This document shows, one piece after another, positions 50,771 to 61,905 of a stretch of DNA of 64,000 nt. This DNA is from Obrimoposthia wandeli. Its lineage: Eukaryota. The position numbers and the translations under genes are program-made. Numbering within the stretch: position 1 is the stretch's first letter; each line of letters starts with the position of its first letter. The DNA is taken from the NCBI GenBank assembly GCA_977020255.1, contig CDROCS010000253.1:744001-808000 (forward strand), written 5' to 3'. The notes below the pieces were generated by a model. The model was not told the DNA's origin and made no database searches. It saw nothing but the letters and a program-made list of their open reading frames with translations.

Positions 50771-52729
50771 TTGAAACTCTATATTGCCGAAAAACCGAGT
50801 TTAGGTCGCGCTATTGCTGCCGCATTACCTAAGCCACAAAAAAACCATAAAACACATATCGAGCTCGCTAATGGCGATGTGGTCAGTTGGTGTATCGGAC
50901 ACATTTTGGCGCAAGCAGACCCCGAAGACTATGATGCTGAGTTTAAAAAATGGCGTATGGAAAGCTTGCCAATAATACCTCAACAATGGCAATTAAAACC
51001 TATTGCCCGTACTCGCGCACAGCTGACTGTATTGAGAAAGTTGGTAAAACAGGCTGATGAGATTATCCACGCTGGCGATCCTGATAGAGAAGGACAATTA
51101 TTGGTTGATGAAGTGATTGATTACTTTAAATTATCAAAAACCAAAAAAGCCAATATTAAACGTTTGCTGATCAGCGATTTGAACTTACCTGCCGTTAAAC
51201 GGGCACTTACATCACTAAAACCTAATAGTGATTTTATGCCGTTATCTATTTCTGCTTTAGCACGCTCACGCGCTGATTGGCTTTATGGTATTAACCTCAC
51301 TCGCGCTTATACATTACAAGGCCAAAAAACTGGCTATCACTCGGTATTATCTGTAGGTCGCGTACAAACCCCTTTATTGGGCTTAGTGGTTAGACGTGAA
51401 CAAGAAATTTCACAATTTGTCAGTAAACCTTTTTTCCAAGTTCAAGCCCATATTGCGCTAACATCAAGTGAGGCTATCGCTTTTACGGCGAAATGGCAGC
51501 CCAGTGAAAGCTGTCAGCCTTACTGTGATGAGGAAGGTAGGGTTTTGGTAAAAGCCTTGGCAGAGAATGTCGTTAAACGTATTGATAACCAACCTGCCAC
51601 TATCAGTAATATTGACAGTAACGAAAAACAGCAAGCAGCTCCCTTACCCTTTAATTTGTCACAATTACAAATTAGTGCTGCTAAGCAGTTTTCTATGAAT
51701 GCCAAACTAGTGCTTGATGTCTGTCAGGCTTTGTACGAAAAACATAAGCTGATCACCTACCCGCGCTCTGATTGTCGTTATTTACCTAAAGAACAACTAA
51801 AACAAGCACAGGGTATTGTTACTACACTGGCAAAATCATCATTACCCTGTAGTAAACCAGCGCAAGGGGCAAACACCACTTTAGTCAGTAAAGCGTGGAA
51901 TGATAAGAAAATAACCGCACATCATGCGATTATTCCAACGGAAAAATCACCCGAAAATATCAACTTAAATACCTTTGAAAAGAATATTTATTTACTGATT
52001 GTACGTCAGTATTTAGTACAGTTTTACCCTGCTTATATTTATCAGCAAACCAAAGTGCATTTATTAATTGCCGGCGGACACTTTCTCACGCAAGCAAAAA
52101 CAGAAAAACAGCTAGGCTGGCAAGTATTATTCCCGAAAAGCAAAAAAGCGACAAACCCAGATAACTCAAATAATTCAGAACACGGACATGAGCAAGAACA
52201 AATGCTACCACCATTAACAAAAGGCCAGATATTACATTGCCAACAAGGTGAGTTAATAGAAAAACACACATCACCGCCACAGTCTTTTACTGATGCAACA
52301 TTACTCGGTGCCATGACAGGGATTTCCCGTTACGTTAGTGATGCCGCCATTAAAAAAGTACTGAAAGAAACCGATGGCTTAGGTACCGATGCGACTCGCG
52401 CTGGCATTATAGATTTACTTTTTAAACGTGATTTTTTACAACGCCAAGGTAAAGCAATAACCGCAACAGAGGTAGGTGTAGCGTTAATCAACGCCTTGCC
52501 AGAAATGGCCACTTTGCCAGATATGACAGCACAATGGGAAGCAACTCTCACCGCAATCAGTGAAAAAAATGCCAACTATTTAAGTTTTATGCAACCCTTA
52601 ACAACTATAGTCACAGAAATGGTGCACGGTGCCAGCCATCAATCTTTTTCTGGTTTACCTAAAGTTGCTTTTAAGCCTAAACGCGGCAAAAGAACATTTC
52701 AAAAAAAGCCAACAAAAAAGGCAAATTAG
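50771..52729 (+). CDS. topB: DNA topoisomerase III
   Basis: IAEKPS, AGDPDREG, SVGRVQTP, LITYPRSD (catalytic Tyr) and GLGTDATRA; TTG start. Confidence 0.95.
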   Translation: MKLYIAEKPSLGRAIAAALPKPQKNHKTHIELANGDVVSWCIGHILAQADPEDYDAEFKKWRMESLPIIPQQWQLKPIARTRAQLTVLRKLVKQADEIIHAGDPDREGQLLVDEVIDYFKLSKTKKANIKRLLISDLNLPAVKRALTSLKPNSDFMPLSISALARSRADWLYGINLTRAYTLQGQKTGYHSVLSVGRVQTPLLGLVVRREQEISQFVSKPFFQVQAHIALTSSEAIAFTAKWQPSESCQPYCDEEGRVLVKALAENVVKRIDNQPATISNIDSNEKQQAAPLPFNLSQLQISAAKQFSMNAKLVLDVCQALYEKHKLITYPRSDCRYLPKEQLKQAQGIVTTLAKSSLPCSKPAQGANTTLVSKAWNDKKITAHHAIIPTEKSPENINLNTFEKNIYLLIVRQYLVQFYPAYIYQQTKVHLLIAGGHFLTQAKTEKQLGWQVLFPKSKKATNPDNSNNSEHGHEQEQMLPPLTKGQILHCQQGELIEKHTSPPQSFTDATLLGAMTGISRYVSDAAIKKVLKETDGLGTDATRAGIIDLLFKRDFLQRQGKAITATEVGVALINALPEMATLPDMTAQWEATLTAISEKNANYLSFMQPLTTIVTEMVHGASHQSFSGLPKVAFKPKRGKRTFQKKPTKKAN

Positions 52730-52868
52730 CCAAAGAGGAGCAGACTCAAAATACAGAGTGCAACGAGTCTATAATCTAAGTCCCAACTATCCCTAAGCAA
52801 AGACTTCTCTATCGTCTCAGATTGTAATATCATCAAAAATATTCTGAGTAAATAGCAAAGAGCACAAG

Positions 52869-53354
52869 ATGATTATTCTGCAAAACGCCATGGAAAAAAG
52901 TAACTTATTTAAAATTGATGAATTTGGCGTGAAAAACTATAACTATGGCATATTAGCAATATTATCCTTTATTCTTTTTGCATTTATTAATATCAGCTTA
53001 GGTTATGTCACCTTTATAGCAGAAACCGCTGTAGAGGGCTCACCCGTGAAGAATTATGCTGATGCTTTTTGGCTAATGTTAATGTCTTCAACCACGATCG
53101 GTTTTGGCGATGTTTATCCAATTACGTTAACGGGTCGCATTGCTGTTTTTGTTATGTTTATTCTAGGTGTTGGAATATTAGGTGGTGTTGGCGCTGTTTT
53201 TGCCAATAAGATTTTTGGCTTTGCTGATACCAATATTAAAAACCGAGAACTAAGACACCAAAATGAAGAAATATTACTGCAAAATGACAAGATTTATAAA
53301 AAATTAACCTCCTTAGAAAATAAGTTAGCTGCATTTAATAAAGAGGCGAAATAA
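52869..53354 (+). CDS. Two-TM potassium channel (KcsA-like pore)
   Basis: DAFWLMLMSSTTIGFGDVYP filter; short C-terminal coiled coil. Confidence 0.88.
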   Translation: MIILQNAMEKSNLFKIDEFGVKNYNYGILAILSFILFAFINISLGYVTFIAETAVEGSPVKNYADAFWLMLMSSTTIGFGDVYPITLTGRIAVFVMFILGVGILGGVGAVFANKIFGFADTNIKNRELRHQNEEILLQNDKIYKKLTSLENKLAAFNKEAK

Positions 53355-53669
53355 CACATCAATCTTGATAGAAAAGACATAGTATAATTATTTCCCTCAA
53401 GATCAGATGACTTTATTAACCAAGCCACAGACATGTTGTTACACTATCAGTCAATATTTCAGAGCTGGCTTAAATATAGTGAAATTACAGCTTATAAGCT
53501 GTTACTAAAAGTAATGATTTCTTTATAAAATAACAAATATTATGATCATGTATCAGATGAGTAATTCCGTTGCAAAGCCCACAAAATAAGACATGGGTTT
53601 GCCCACATCATAAAGTGCTAAAATCAGGTTTTACTATCTTCCTTCACCCATCTAAGGTATAACAGCGCC

Positions 53670-54527
53670 ATGAAAATTCCAAAGCGTATATTGCCTCTCG
53701 TAGAAGAAGGCTTAATTGATGAAGTGCTCAACCAATTAATGAGCGGTAAAGAGGCTACTGTCTATCGTGTTCGTTGTGGCGATGAAATTCGCTGCGCGAA
53801 AGTTTATAAAGAAGCGACTAAACGTAGCTTTAAAAAAGCGTCACAGTACACTGAAGGTCGTAAAGGCCGAAGTAGTCGACGTGCTAGAGCAATGGAGAAA
53901 GGCTCTAAGTACGGTAAGAGCCAACAAGAAACAGCTTGGCAAAATGCTGAAGTAGAAGCCTTGTATACTCTTGCCGAGCACGATGTACGTGTCCCGCAAC
54001 CTTACGGCTGTTTTGACGGCGTATTATTGATGGAACTTATCACCGATGAACAAGGTGATGTTGCACCACGACTCAATGATGTTGTAATGCCTGCTGAGCA
54101 AGCGATAGAAGATCATGCTTTAATGATGATTTATATCATGCGCATGCTCTGCGCTGGCATTGTACATGGTGATCTATCTGAATTTAATGTTTTAGTTGAC
54201 GCTTATGGCCCTGTCGTTATTGACTTACCTCAAGCAGTTGATGCCTCAGCTAATAATAATGCCAAAGCAATGTTACTGCGCGATGTCAACAACATCACTA
54301 CCTATTATGCCCAATTTGCCCCAAACTTAGCATTAACTCGATTTGGTGAAGAAATGTGGGCTTTATATGAAGCAGGTGAATTAAGCGATACCACTAAATT
54401 AACAGGCCTATTTGCAGAAGACACTCAAAGCGCCGATGTTGAGACAATACTAGCCGAAATTCAAGCGGCTTTTGAGCAGGAGCAAGACCGACTTGCCTAT
54501 CTCAAAGAAGCTGCTGAGCAAGATTAA
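53670..54527 (+). CDS. RIO1-like protein kinase (PA4780 family)
   Basis: LMSGKEATVY, CAKVYK, HGDLSEFNVL and IDLPQAVD. Confidence 0.92.
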   Translation: MKIPKRILPLVEEGLIDEVLNQLMSGKEATVYRVRCGDEIRCAKVYKEATKRSFKKASQYTEGRKGRSSRRARAMEKGSKYGKSQQETAWQNAEVEALYTLAEHDVRVPQPYGCFDGVLLMELITDEQGDVAPRLNDVVMPAEQAIEDHALMMIYIMRMLCAGIVHGDLSEFNVLVDAYGPVVIDLPQAVDASANNNAKAMLLRDVNNITTYYAQFAPNLALTRFGEEMWALYEAGELSDTTKLTGLFAEDTQSADVETILAEIQAAFEQEQDRLAYLKEAAEQD

Positions 54528-54575
54528 CCTAAGTTTCTCTTTCCGATAACTCTTATTTTTAATTCTTTCTACAAT

Positions 54576-54611
54576 AAAAAGGCACATTAACTTAAGTTAA
54601 TGTGCCTTTTT
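54576..54611. terminator. Bidirectional terminator, perfect 36-bp palindrome
   Basis: AAAAAGGCACATTAACTTAAGTTAATGTGCCTTTTT between convergent genes. Confidence 0.85.
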
Positions 54612-54630
54612 TGTTATAACTATTAAGTTA

Positions 54631-56730
54631 TTATTTTTTGGTATATTTTTCTAACCATTTAAATACTTCGTCGTACCAAACCACTAAGTTGTCCGGTTTA
54701 CGAATATGGTGATCTTCATCTGGAAACATCACTAAACGGCTATCAATGCCTTTACGCTGTAAAGTGGTAAATGCACCTAAACTTTGTGCATAAGGTACGC
54801 GGTAATCTAACTCACCTTGAATCACTAACATAGGTGTTTGCCAGTTATTAACATAAGCAGATGGGTTGAATGTAGTGTAATCAGGGCTTACTTTGCTGGT
54901 AGCATCACCACTTTCTTTACCCTCTTTCTTGCCAAAGGAAGGGCCCCCCATATCATACTCTGGGAACCATAATTCTTCGGTAGATTGATAAAAGCTTGGC
55001 ATATCATATAAACCAGCATGATTTATCAAACATTTAAATCGGGTAGGCCAATTTCCGGCAATCCAATTCATCATGTAACCACCGTAAGAGGCACCTAAAG
55101 CACAAGCATTATCACCATCTAACCAAGGCTGATCTTTTACGATGAAATCTAAACCTTTTTGTAAATCCTCTAATGGCTTACCACCCCAATCACGACTGAT
55201 TGAATGGGTAAATTCTTGTCCGTAACCAGTAGAGCCATGAAAGTCGACCATCACTACACCATAGCCCTGCGCTGCCCATAATTGAGCATTCCAACGGTAA
55301 TGGAACATGTTGCCAAAACTACCTTGTGGACCACCATGTACTAAAAAGGCTATCGGGTATTTTTTACCTGCTTCAAAGTTAGCTGGCTTTAACCAATAAC
55401 CGTGCACGGTTTCATCATTCCAACCTTTAAAGTTAAATTGTTGGTAATCAGCAAACTTTACGTCGTTCAGCTTATCTTTATTGATATGGGTTAATTGCGC
55501 TAAATCATCACCATGGTTATCAATGGTAAAAACATCTTGCGGTGAATTTAAAGTATGGCGAGTAAAGTAAATTTTATTACCGTGGCTTGAGATATCACCA
55601 TTACTACCAACATTATAAATACTACGTACTTCATCAAACTCAGGCGTAATAGAGAAAATACTTTTTTGGCCAACATCTTGCGCCACAACATACACAGAGT
55701 TGTTATCCGGTGCAAAAGCTAAGCTACTAATTGAACGATCCCAATCGCTAGCCACTGCGCGGGTTTTTCCTGTTCTGTTATCACGTAACTGTAGCGTAAA
55801 CTTATCCGCTTCATAACCCGGTATTTTCATGGATTTATAAGCAAGATATCTACCGTTAGGCGAATAGACAGGGCTTGAATCCCACGCTTTATTCTTTTCG
55901 GTAATATTCTTTAGATTAAAAGTCGTTTGCCCTTCAGCAAGAGACACTTCGAAAATATCAAAGTTAGTGCTCCAAGCATGATCTTTGGCTGCAGCTTTAC
56001 TTGATGAATCTTTCGCTGAAAATGCTAAAGACGTTGCATCCGGGTGAATGCTTACTTGGCTAATTCCGGCAAAATCACTTACCCAATTTGGCATAATATC
56101 TTGGGCATGCTTAAGCTGACCATTTTTATCGACATGGCCAACAAATAAATGCTCTTTATAATCCGTCGTCCAAGTATCCCAATGACGCACCATTAAGCCA
56201 TCATAAGCACGAATGTTATATTTTTTTTCTTCATCCACTTTTTTAGCCGCAACGGTACAGGCTAAGTCGGAGCAGCCTGGCAATACAGTAAAAGACAAAG
56301 CAAATGTTTGACCGTTTTTAGCTAATTTAAAGGCATTCACCTCTAATGGGAAATCTGAAACCTGTTTAGCTTCACCACCCATTAAAGGCAATTGCCAAAT
56401 TTGCGAACTACCACTACGTGATGATAGAAAATAAAGTGAGTTAGCATCATCAGCCCAAACAACATTATGCTCAGACTTTGCATTACTCGTTAATTGGGTC
56501 ACCTTACCCGTTTTAATGTTTTGACTGTAAAGATGATTACTATTAGATTGACTGCCTTTTTTCAAACCATAGACCAGTACATCACCTTTAGGAGATAACG
56601 TGACATCATGCAGTTGGTTTAATTGGTTAAGCTTTTCAACGGTAAAAAGCTCATTGCCAGCTTGTGCATTAATGCTCGTTGACAGCGTTGCTGCAAGGGA
56701 AAAAGCAGCAAAAGTAGATAGTTTTTTCAT
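54631..56730 (-). CDS. S9 family secreted peptidase (prolyl oligopeptidase/acylaminoacyl type)
   Basis: Signal peptide, propeller repeats, VHGGPQG, GASYGG (Ser), D in GELDYRV, H in PDEDHH. Confidence 0.92.
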   Translation of the reverse strand: MKKLSTFAAFSLAATLSTSINAQAGNELFTVEKLNQLNQLHDVTLSPKGDVLVYGLKKGSQSNSNHLYSQNIKTGKVTQLTSNAKSEHNVVWADDANSLYFLSSRSGSSQIWQLPLMGGEAKQVSDFPLEVNAFKLAKNGQTFALSFTVLPGCSDLACTVAAKKVDEEKKYNIRAYDGLMVRHWDTWTTDYKEHLFVGHVDKNGQLKHAQDIMPNWVSDFAGISQVSIHPDATSLAFSAKDSSSKAAAKDHAWSTNFDIFEVSLAEGQTTFNLKNITEKNKAWDSSPVYSPNGRYLAYKSMKIPGYEADKFTLQLRDNRTGKTRAVASDWDRSISSLAFAPDNNSVYVVAQDVGQKSIFSITPEFDEVRSIYNVGSNGDISSHGNKIYFTRHTLNSPQDVFTIDNHGDDLAQLTHINKDKLNDVKFADYQQFNFKGWNDETVHGYWLKPANFEAGKKYPIAFLVHGGPQGSFGNMFHYRWNAQLWAAQGYGVVMVDFHGSTGYGQEFTHSISRDWGGKPLEDLQKGLDFIVKDQPWLDGDNACALGASYGGYMMNWIAGNWPTRFKCLINHAGLYDMPSFYQSTEELWFPEYDMGGPSFGKKEGKESGDATSKVSPDYTTFNPSAYVNNWQTPMLVIQGELDYRVPYAQSLGAFTTLQRKGIDSRLVMFPDEDHHIRKPDNLVVWYDEVFKWLEKYTKK

Positions 56731-56891
56731 TTTTAATCTCATGTAAAGCAACTAGATTGTGAGTATAACAAGAATATACAATCTGTAAGTTATAAGCAAT
56801 ATGAGAGGCATGATGATTGACGCACCTGTATATACCCATTTTGAGCATCAGTAAAGTAGACTCATAATACGTACATAATATTTTGGCAATA

Positions 56892-56926
56892 AAAAACGCC
56901 AGCTTGAAATTCAAGCTGGCGTTTTT
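56892..56926. terminator. Terminator after trhO
   Basis: AAAAACGCCAGCTTGAA-A-TTCAAGCTGGCGTTTTT. Confidence 0.8.
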
Positions 56927-56955
56927 AATAATATTTTTACAACTGAAAGTAGACT

Positions 56956-57999
56956 TTATTTAGCGGATTGCTTCGCTTTTTTATCATTTTTCTCTTGGCG
57001 GCGTTCTTCAATAATAGTTTGAATTTCACCACCTATATGACTTTCACCACGCTGTTCAGCTAACGTAATTTGGCGTTGACGTTCGGCATAGCGATTACGT
57101 TGTTCGTCGGTAACTTTATCATGACAGCGATGACAGCTTACGCCTTTAACGTAATGCTCACTTTCTTTTTCTGCTTCCGTTAACGGAAAACGACAAGCAA
57201 AACATTGATCATACTGACCTTGCTCTAGTTCATGATTCACGGCAACACGACCATCAAAAACAAAACACTCACCTTCCCATAAGGTCTCTGTACTCGGCAC
57301 TTCTTCAAGATACTTTAAGATGCCACCTTCAAGATGATATACCTCTTCAAAACCTTGCTCTTTAAGATATGCCGTAGATTTTTCACAACGAATACCACCG
57401 GTACAATACATGGCAACTTTCTTGTGCTTGTTTTTATCTAAGTTCTTTTCTACGTAAGCGGGAAATTCACGAAATGTTTCGGTATTCGGGTTAATAGCAT
57501 TTTTAAAGGTGCCAATTTCAATTTCATAATCGTTACGAGTATCAACCAACACTACATCGGGATCAGAAATTAAGGCATTCCAATCTTTTGGCTTCACATA
57601 AGTACCAACCACTTGGTTAGGATCAATACCTTCAATACCCATAGTGACAATTTCTTTTTTCAATTTCACTTTAGTACGATGAAATGGGTTTTCTTCGCTA
57701 TAAGATTCTTTATGAGAGATGTTATCTAAACCGGGTTGCTCACCTAAAAAAGTAAGTACTGTATCAATACCCGTTTGCGGACCTGCAATAGTACCGTTGA
57801 TACCTTCAGCTGCCAATAATAGGGTACCTTTGACGTCAACACTGGTCATTTTATTTGATAATGGCTCACGCAATGCTTCAAATGCATCTAAACGTACGAA
57901 CTTATATAACGCACAAATAGTAATAGCGTTAGTTGATGATTTTTTTGATGTGATTTTTGATGTATCAGGTGGTGATAACTTTTTTTCTGATGAACTCAT
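56956..57999 (-). CDS. trhO: Rhodanese-domain tRNA U34 hydroxylase (UPF0176/YceA)
   Basis: [23 protein letters not shown] and CFVFDGR. Confidence 0.92.
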   Translation of the reverse strand: MSSSEKKLSPPDTSKITSKKSSTNAITICALYKFVRLDAFEALREPLSNKMTSVDVKGTLLLAAEGINGTIAGPQTGIDTVLTFLGEQPGLDNISHKESYSEENPFHRTKVKLKKEIVTMGIEGIDPNQVVGTYVKPKDWNALISDPDVVLVDTRNDYEIEIGTFKNAINPNTETFREFPAYVEKNLDKNKHKKVAMYCTGGIRCEKSTAYLKEQGFEEVYHLEGGILKYLEEVPSTETLWEGECFVFDGRVAVNHELEQGQYDQCFACRFPLTEAEKESEHYVKGVSCHRCHDKVTDEQRNRYAERQRQITLAEQRGESHIGGEIQTIIEERRQEKNDKKAKQSAK

Positions 58000-58200
58000 G
58001 GTCTCTCCATTGAACTAGCTGGAACGTAAATCCAGTGCTTTAGATTAAATTTTTTAAATCAATAATAAACGGATCATTAATCACGTTTTTAGGGAGACGT
58101 ATTTTAACAGAATTTTTTTTAAATGAAAATAGCTCACTCAGTAGACGAACTATGGTCTAACGTCATCAAAAGCTAGGACTATGCTAATAACTTAAACGCC

Positions 58201-58239
58201 AAAAAAAACGCCACCCTGTTTTAATAGGCTGGCATTTTT
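58201..58239 (-). terminator. Terminator of acnB
   Basis: TGCCAGCC...GGTGGCG plus long T tract on the minus strand. Confidence 0.7.
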
Positions 58240-58288
58240 ATTTAACTATTTGGTATTTTCTTTAAGTGAAGTAATACTTTTTCTAGCA

Positions 58289-58325
58289 GGGAGCCTATGA
58301 CTATAGGTGAGTACTTCCAACAACG
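58289..58325 (-). repeat. Structured 3'-UTR module, copy C (core only)
   Basis: GGAG-CCTAT-GACT-ATAGG-TGAGTAC...CAACAACG. Confidence 0.6.
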
Positions 58326-58359
58326 AAAGAGTGAAACTTAACAACAAGAAAATTTCAAA

Positions 58360-60963
58360 TTAGGCTTCTACTTGCAAAATCACAGTGTTAGCTTTACTTG
58401 TGTATTCTTCCATTTTATCAAAGTTCAAGTAACGGTAAGTATCAGCAGCAGTCGCATCGATTTGAGACGCATACTCCATATACTCAGTAGGACTTGGAAG
58501 CTTACCTAAAATAGCACCAACACCAGCAAGTTCTGCAGACGTTAAGTAAACGTTTGCGCCATTACCTAAACGGTTAGGGAAGTTACGCGTAGAGGTTGAA
58601 AGTACAGTAGTATTATCACCTACACGTGCTTGGTTACCCATACACAGTGAACAACCAGGGGTTTCTACACGAGCACCAGCTCTACCAAAGATATTGAAGT
58701 AACCTTCATCTTTAAGTTGGGCACTATCCATTTTAGTTGGTGGTGTAACCCACATACGTGTTGGTAATGAACCGCCTTTCTTTTCAAGGAAAGTCTCAAT
58801 CAATTTACCAGCAGCACGGAAGTGACCTATGTTAGTCATACATGAACCGATGAATACTTCATCAATTTCAACACCACAAACCTCTGATAATAATTTCGCA
58901 TCATCAGGGTCATTAGGACAACAAACGATAGGCTCTTTAATATCAGCTAAATCAATTTCAATAATATGAGCGTATTGTGCATCTGCATCAGCTGTCATTA
59001 ATGAAGGATTAGCTAACCATTCTTGCATGCCTTTAATACGACGAGTAATAGTACGAACATCGCCGTAACCTTCACTGATCATCCATTTAAGCATAACAAT
59101 GTTAGACGTTAAGTATTCCGCAACAGCGTCTTCTTCAAGTTTGATTGAACAACCCGCAGCTGAACGTTCAGCAGAGGCATCAGATAACTCAAACGCTTGC
59201 TCAACAGATAAACCTTTAAGGCCTTCAATTTCAAGTACGCGACCAGAAAATTCGTTAACTTTACCTGCTTTCTCAACCGTTAATAAACCGTTTTTGATAC
59301 CGTAATAAGGAATAGCATGAACCAGGTCACGTAAAGTGATACCTGGTTGCATTTCACCTTTAAAGCGAACCAATACTGATTCAGGCATATCTAGAGGCAT
59401 AACACCTGTAGCGGCAGCAAAAGCAATTAAACCAGAGCCAGCAGGGAAAGAAATACCTAATGGGAAACGTGTATGAGAATCACCACCAGTACCTACAGTA
59501 TCAGGTAACAACATACGGTTTAACCAAGAATGAATAACACCATCGCCTGGACGTAATGAAACACCGCCACGATTCATCATAAAATCAGGCAAGGTGTGAT
59601 GGGTAATAACATCAACAGGCTTAGGGTAAGCTGAGGTATGACAGAAAGACTGCATCGTTAAGTCAGCAGAAAAACCTAAACAGGCTAAATCTTTCAACTC
59701 ATCACGTGTCATAGGACCGGTAGTATCTTGCGAGCCTACAGTGGTCATTTTAGGTTCACAATATTGACCGGCGCGAACACCTTCAACATTACAGGCTTTA
59801 CCTACCATTTTCTGTGCAAGGGTAAAACCTTTAGAAGATGTGGCAGGGTCAATTGGTGTTGCAAATAAATCGGTTGTTTCAAGGCCTAATGCTTCACGGG
59901 CTCGGCCGGTTAAACCACGACCAATAATAAGAGGAATACGTCCACCAGCCTGAACTTCGTCAAATAATACCGGGCTAAGCTTAAATGTTGAAATCACCTC
60001 ACCAGCCGCATTTTTAACAATGCCTTCGTATGGGTAAATGTCAATGACATCACCCATGTGCATTTTTTGAACATCTAATTCAATGGGTAATGCACCTGAA
60101 TCTTCCATGGTGTTATAGAAGATAGGAGCAATTTTACCACCTAAACAGACACCGCCACCACGTTTGTTAGGGATGCAAGGAATATCATCTCCCATGTACC
60201 ACAACACAGAGTTAGCCGCTGATTTACGAGAAGAACCCGTACCAACAACATCACCAACGTATGCTAATGGAATACCCTCTTTTTGAAGATCTTCAATTTG
60301 TTTGATTGGACCAATATGGCCGTCTTTTTCAGGGTTAATACCATCACGAGCAATTTTAAGCATCGCTTTAGCATGTAATGGCACATCAGGACGAGACCAA
60401 GCGTCTGGCGCTGGTGATAAATCATCAGTGTTTGTTTCACCAGTAACTTTAAATACTTTAACCGTGATTTTTGTTGCTACTTTTTCTTTTGATGTAAACC
60501 ATTCTGCGTCAGCCCACGCTTGCATAACTTGTTTGGCTGCAGCGTTACCTGCTTCGACTTTTTCTTGTACATCATGGAAGGCGTCAAACATGAGTAAAGT
60601 ATGTGATAATCCTTTAGCCGCTGTTGCCGATAATGCATCATCGTCTAAAAGATCAATCATTGGCTGAATGTTATAACCACCCAACATAGTGCCTAACAAT
60701 TGTGTGGCTTTTTCCGGGGTTAAGATAGTTGAAGTCGTTTCACCTTTAGTAACGGCTGCTAAAAATCCTGCTTTGATATAAGCGGCATCATCAACACCTG
60801 CGGGTACACGATTTGTTAATAAATCAATTAAAAATGCATCTTCACCAATAGGTGGGTTTTTAACTAATTCAACTAATGCTGCTGTTTGTTCAGCGTCTAA
60901 AGCTTTAGGCACAAGACCTTCAGCTGCACGTTCTGCTATGTGGTTACGATAATCTTGAAGCAC
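58360..60963 (-). CDS. acnB: Aconitate hydratase B / 2-methylisocitrate dehydratase
   Basis: GETNTDDLSP, SQDTTGPM, IGSCMTN and PGCSLCMGNQ; GTG start placed after the AGGTG RBS. Confidence 0.97.
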   Translation of the reverse strand: MLQDYRNHIAERAAEGLVPKALDAEQTAALVELVKNPPIGEDAFLIDLLTNRVPAGVDDAAYIKAGFLAAVTKGETTSTILTPEKATQLLGTMLGGYNIQPMIDLLDDDALSATAAKGLSHTLLMFDAFHDVQEKVEAGNAAAKQVMQAWADAEWFTSKEKVATKITVKVFKVTGETNTDDLSPAPDAWSRPDVPLHAKAMLKIARDGINPEKDGHIGPIKQIEDLQKEGIPLAYVGDVVGTGSSRKSAANSVLWYMGDDIPCIPNKRGGGVCLGGKIAPIFYNTMEDSGALPIELDVQKMHMGDVIDIYPYEGIVKNAAGEVISTFKLSPVLFDEVQAGGRIPLIIGRGLTGRAREALGLETTDLFATPIDPATSSKGFTLAQKMVGKACNVEGVRAGQYCEPKMTTVGSQDTTGPMTRDELKDLACLGFSADLTMQSFCHTSAYPKPVDVITHHTLPDFMMNRGGVSLRPGDGVIHSWLNRMLLPDTVGTGGDSHTRFPLGISFPAGSGLIAFAAATGVMPLDMPESVLVRFKGEMQPGITLRDLVHAIPYYGIKNGLLTVEKAGKVNEFSGRVLEIEGLKGLSVEQAFELSDASAERSAAGCSIKLEEDAVAEYLTSNIVMLKWMISEGYGDVRTITRRIKGMQEWLANPSLMTADADAQYAHIIEIDLADIKEPIVCCPNDPDDAKLLSEVCGVEIDEVFIGSCMTNIGHFRAAGKLIETFLEKKGGSLPTRMWVTPPTKMDSAQLKDEGYFNIFGRAGARVETPGCSLCMGNQARVGDNTTVLSTSTRNFPNRLGNGANVYLTSAELAGVGAILGKLPSPTEYMEYASQIDATAADTYRYLNFDKMEEYTSKANTVILQVEA

Positions 60964-61415
60964 GACATTCACCTTTTTATTGGAGACACTCGTCACTTTA
61001 GGGATGACTCGGTTAATAGAGAGCCAATTTAGGACAAAGCTTTTAAGTATCTAGGATTATAAATTCGTCCTAATAATACAATATTGTCGACACTTTTTGT
61101 TATTTGTGATTAGTTGTAGTGTTTATTTTCAATATTCACTTTTATTATAGTGTTTGTTTTTCAATTACTTGAATTATTTTTTGTTTTCAACTGTACGACT
61201 ATTATACTAGTCTATTATTCTTTGTTTTTAATATTGTCGGAAATGTTTCTATTTTTATTAAGGTTCGATTATGTAAAAAGTTAACAATTAGGCTTATTAA
61301 GATCGCTGCATGATTATAATTATAGTATAGGAGATAGGTGGTTTTCAGCGACTAGATGAATTTTAAACCTGCCAAGATAATCGTATTTTAGTCAGTCGCG
61401 AACTTGCATGGGTAT

Positions 61416-61669
61416 ATACCCATGCCACTTGAAACTTCGTATTTCAGAACCACTGAGCGATTTATGATCAAGGCGCTTCATTTTATTAACTTAAAACGAG
61501 GCAACGAAGCGCATAAACTGCTCAGGGTCCCCCATAGGGCTGGTTTAGAAACGCTTTATATCTACGTTATTGATTTCGACAATAGAATAACTATTCTCTT
61601 CAATCAATGCCTTACCTAAAAGCGTTTCTAATGCCAGCTGAAACCTGCATCCTCAAGTGCCTTGGGTAT
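61416..61669. mobile_element. 254-bp MITE-like palindromic element with ATACCCA...TGGGTAT ends
   Basis: 32-bp imperfect TIRs (23/32); two internal long stem-loops at 61453-61525 and 61540-61637. Confidence 0.75.
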
Positions 61670-61905
61670 CTGTAACTTAACTACTAAACAATCTTGTTGA
61701 TGTGTATTTTTATAATATTATCAACAAGTAACGCAAACAACACAACCATTATAACTACATCTTCTACCTGCTATAAACCACATGAATAGTGCTTATTTAA
61801 CCAAATGATTAGTAGTGCATAGAAAATCAGGTAAAATAGAGACAAAATTTGTCCATGCTAATGACGACAATGTTATTAGCGAATTAGAACTAGAGAGAGT
61901 TTTAA

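Noticed and set aside
58142-58159. TAGAC-N8-GTCTA as a third AcuR-like operator
   Set aside because: Spacer is 8 nt rather than 5 and the core differs.
61404-61619. 71-aa ORF
   Set aside because: Lies within the palindromic element; no coding signal.
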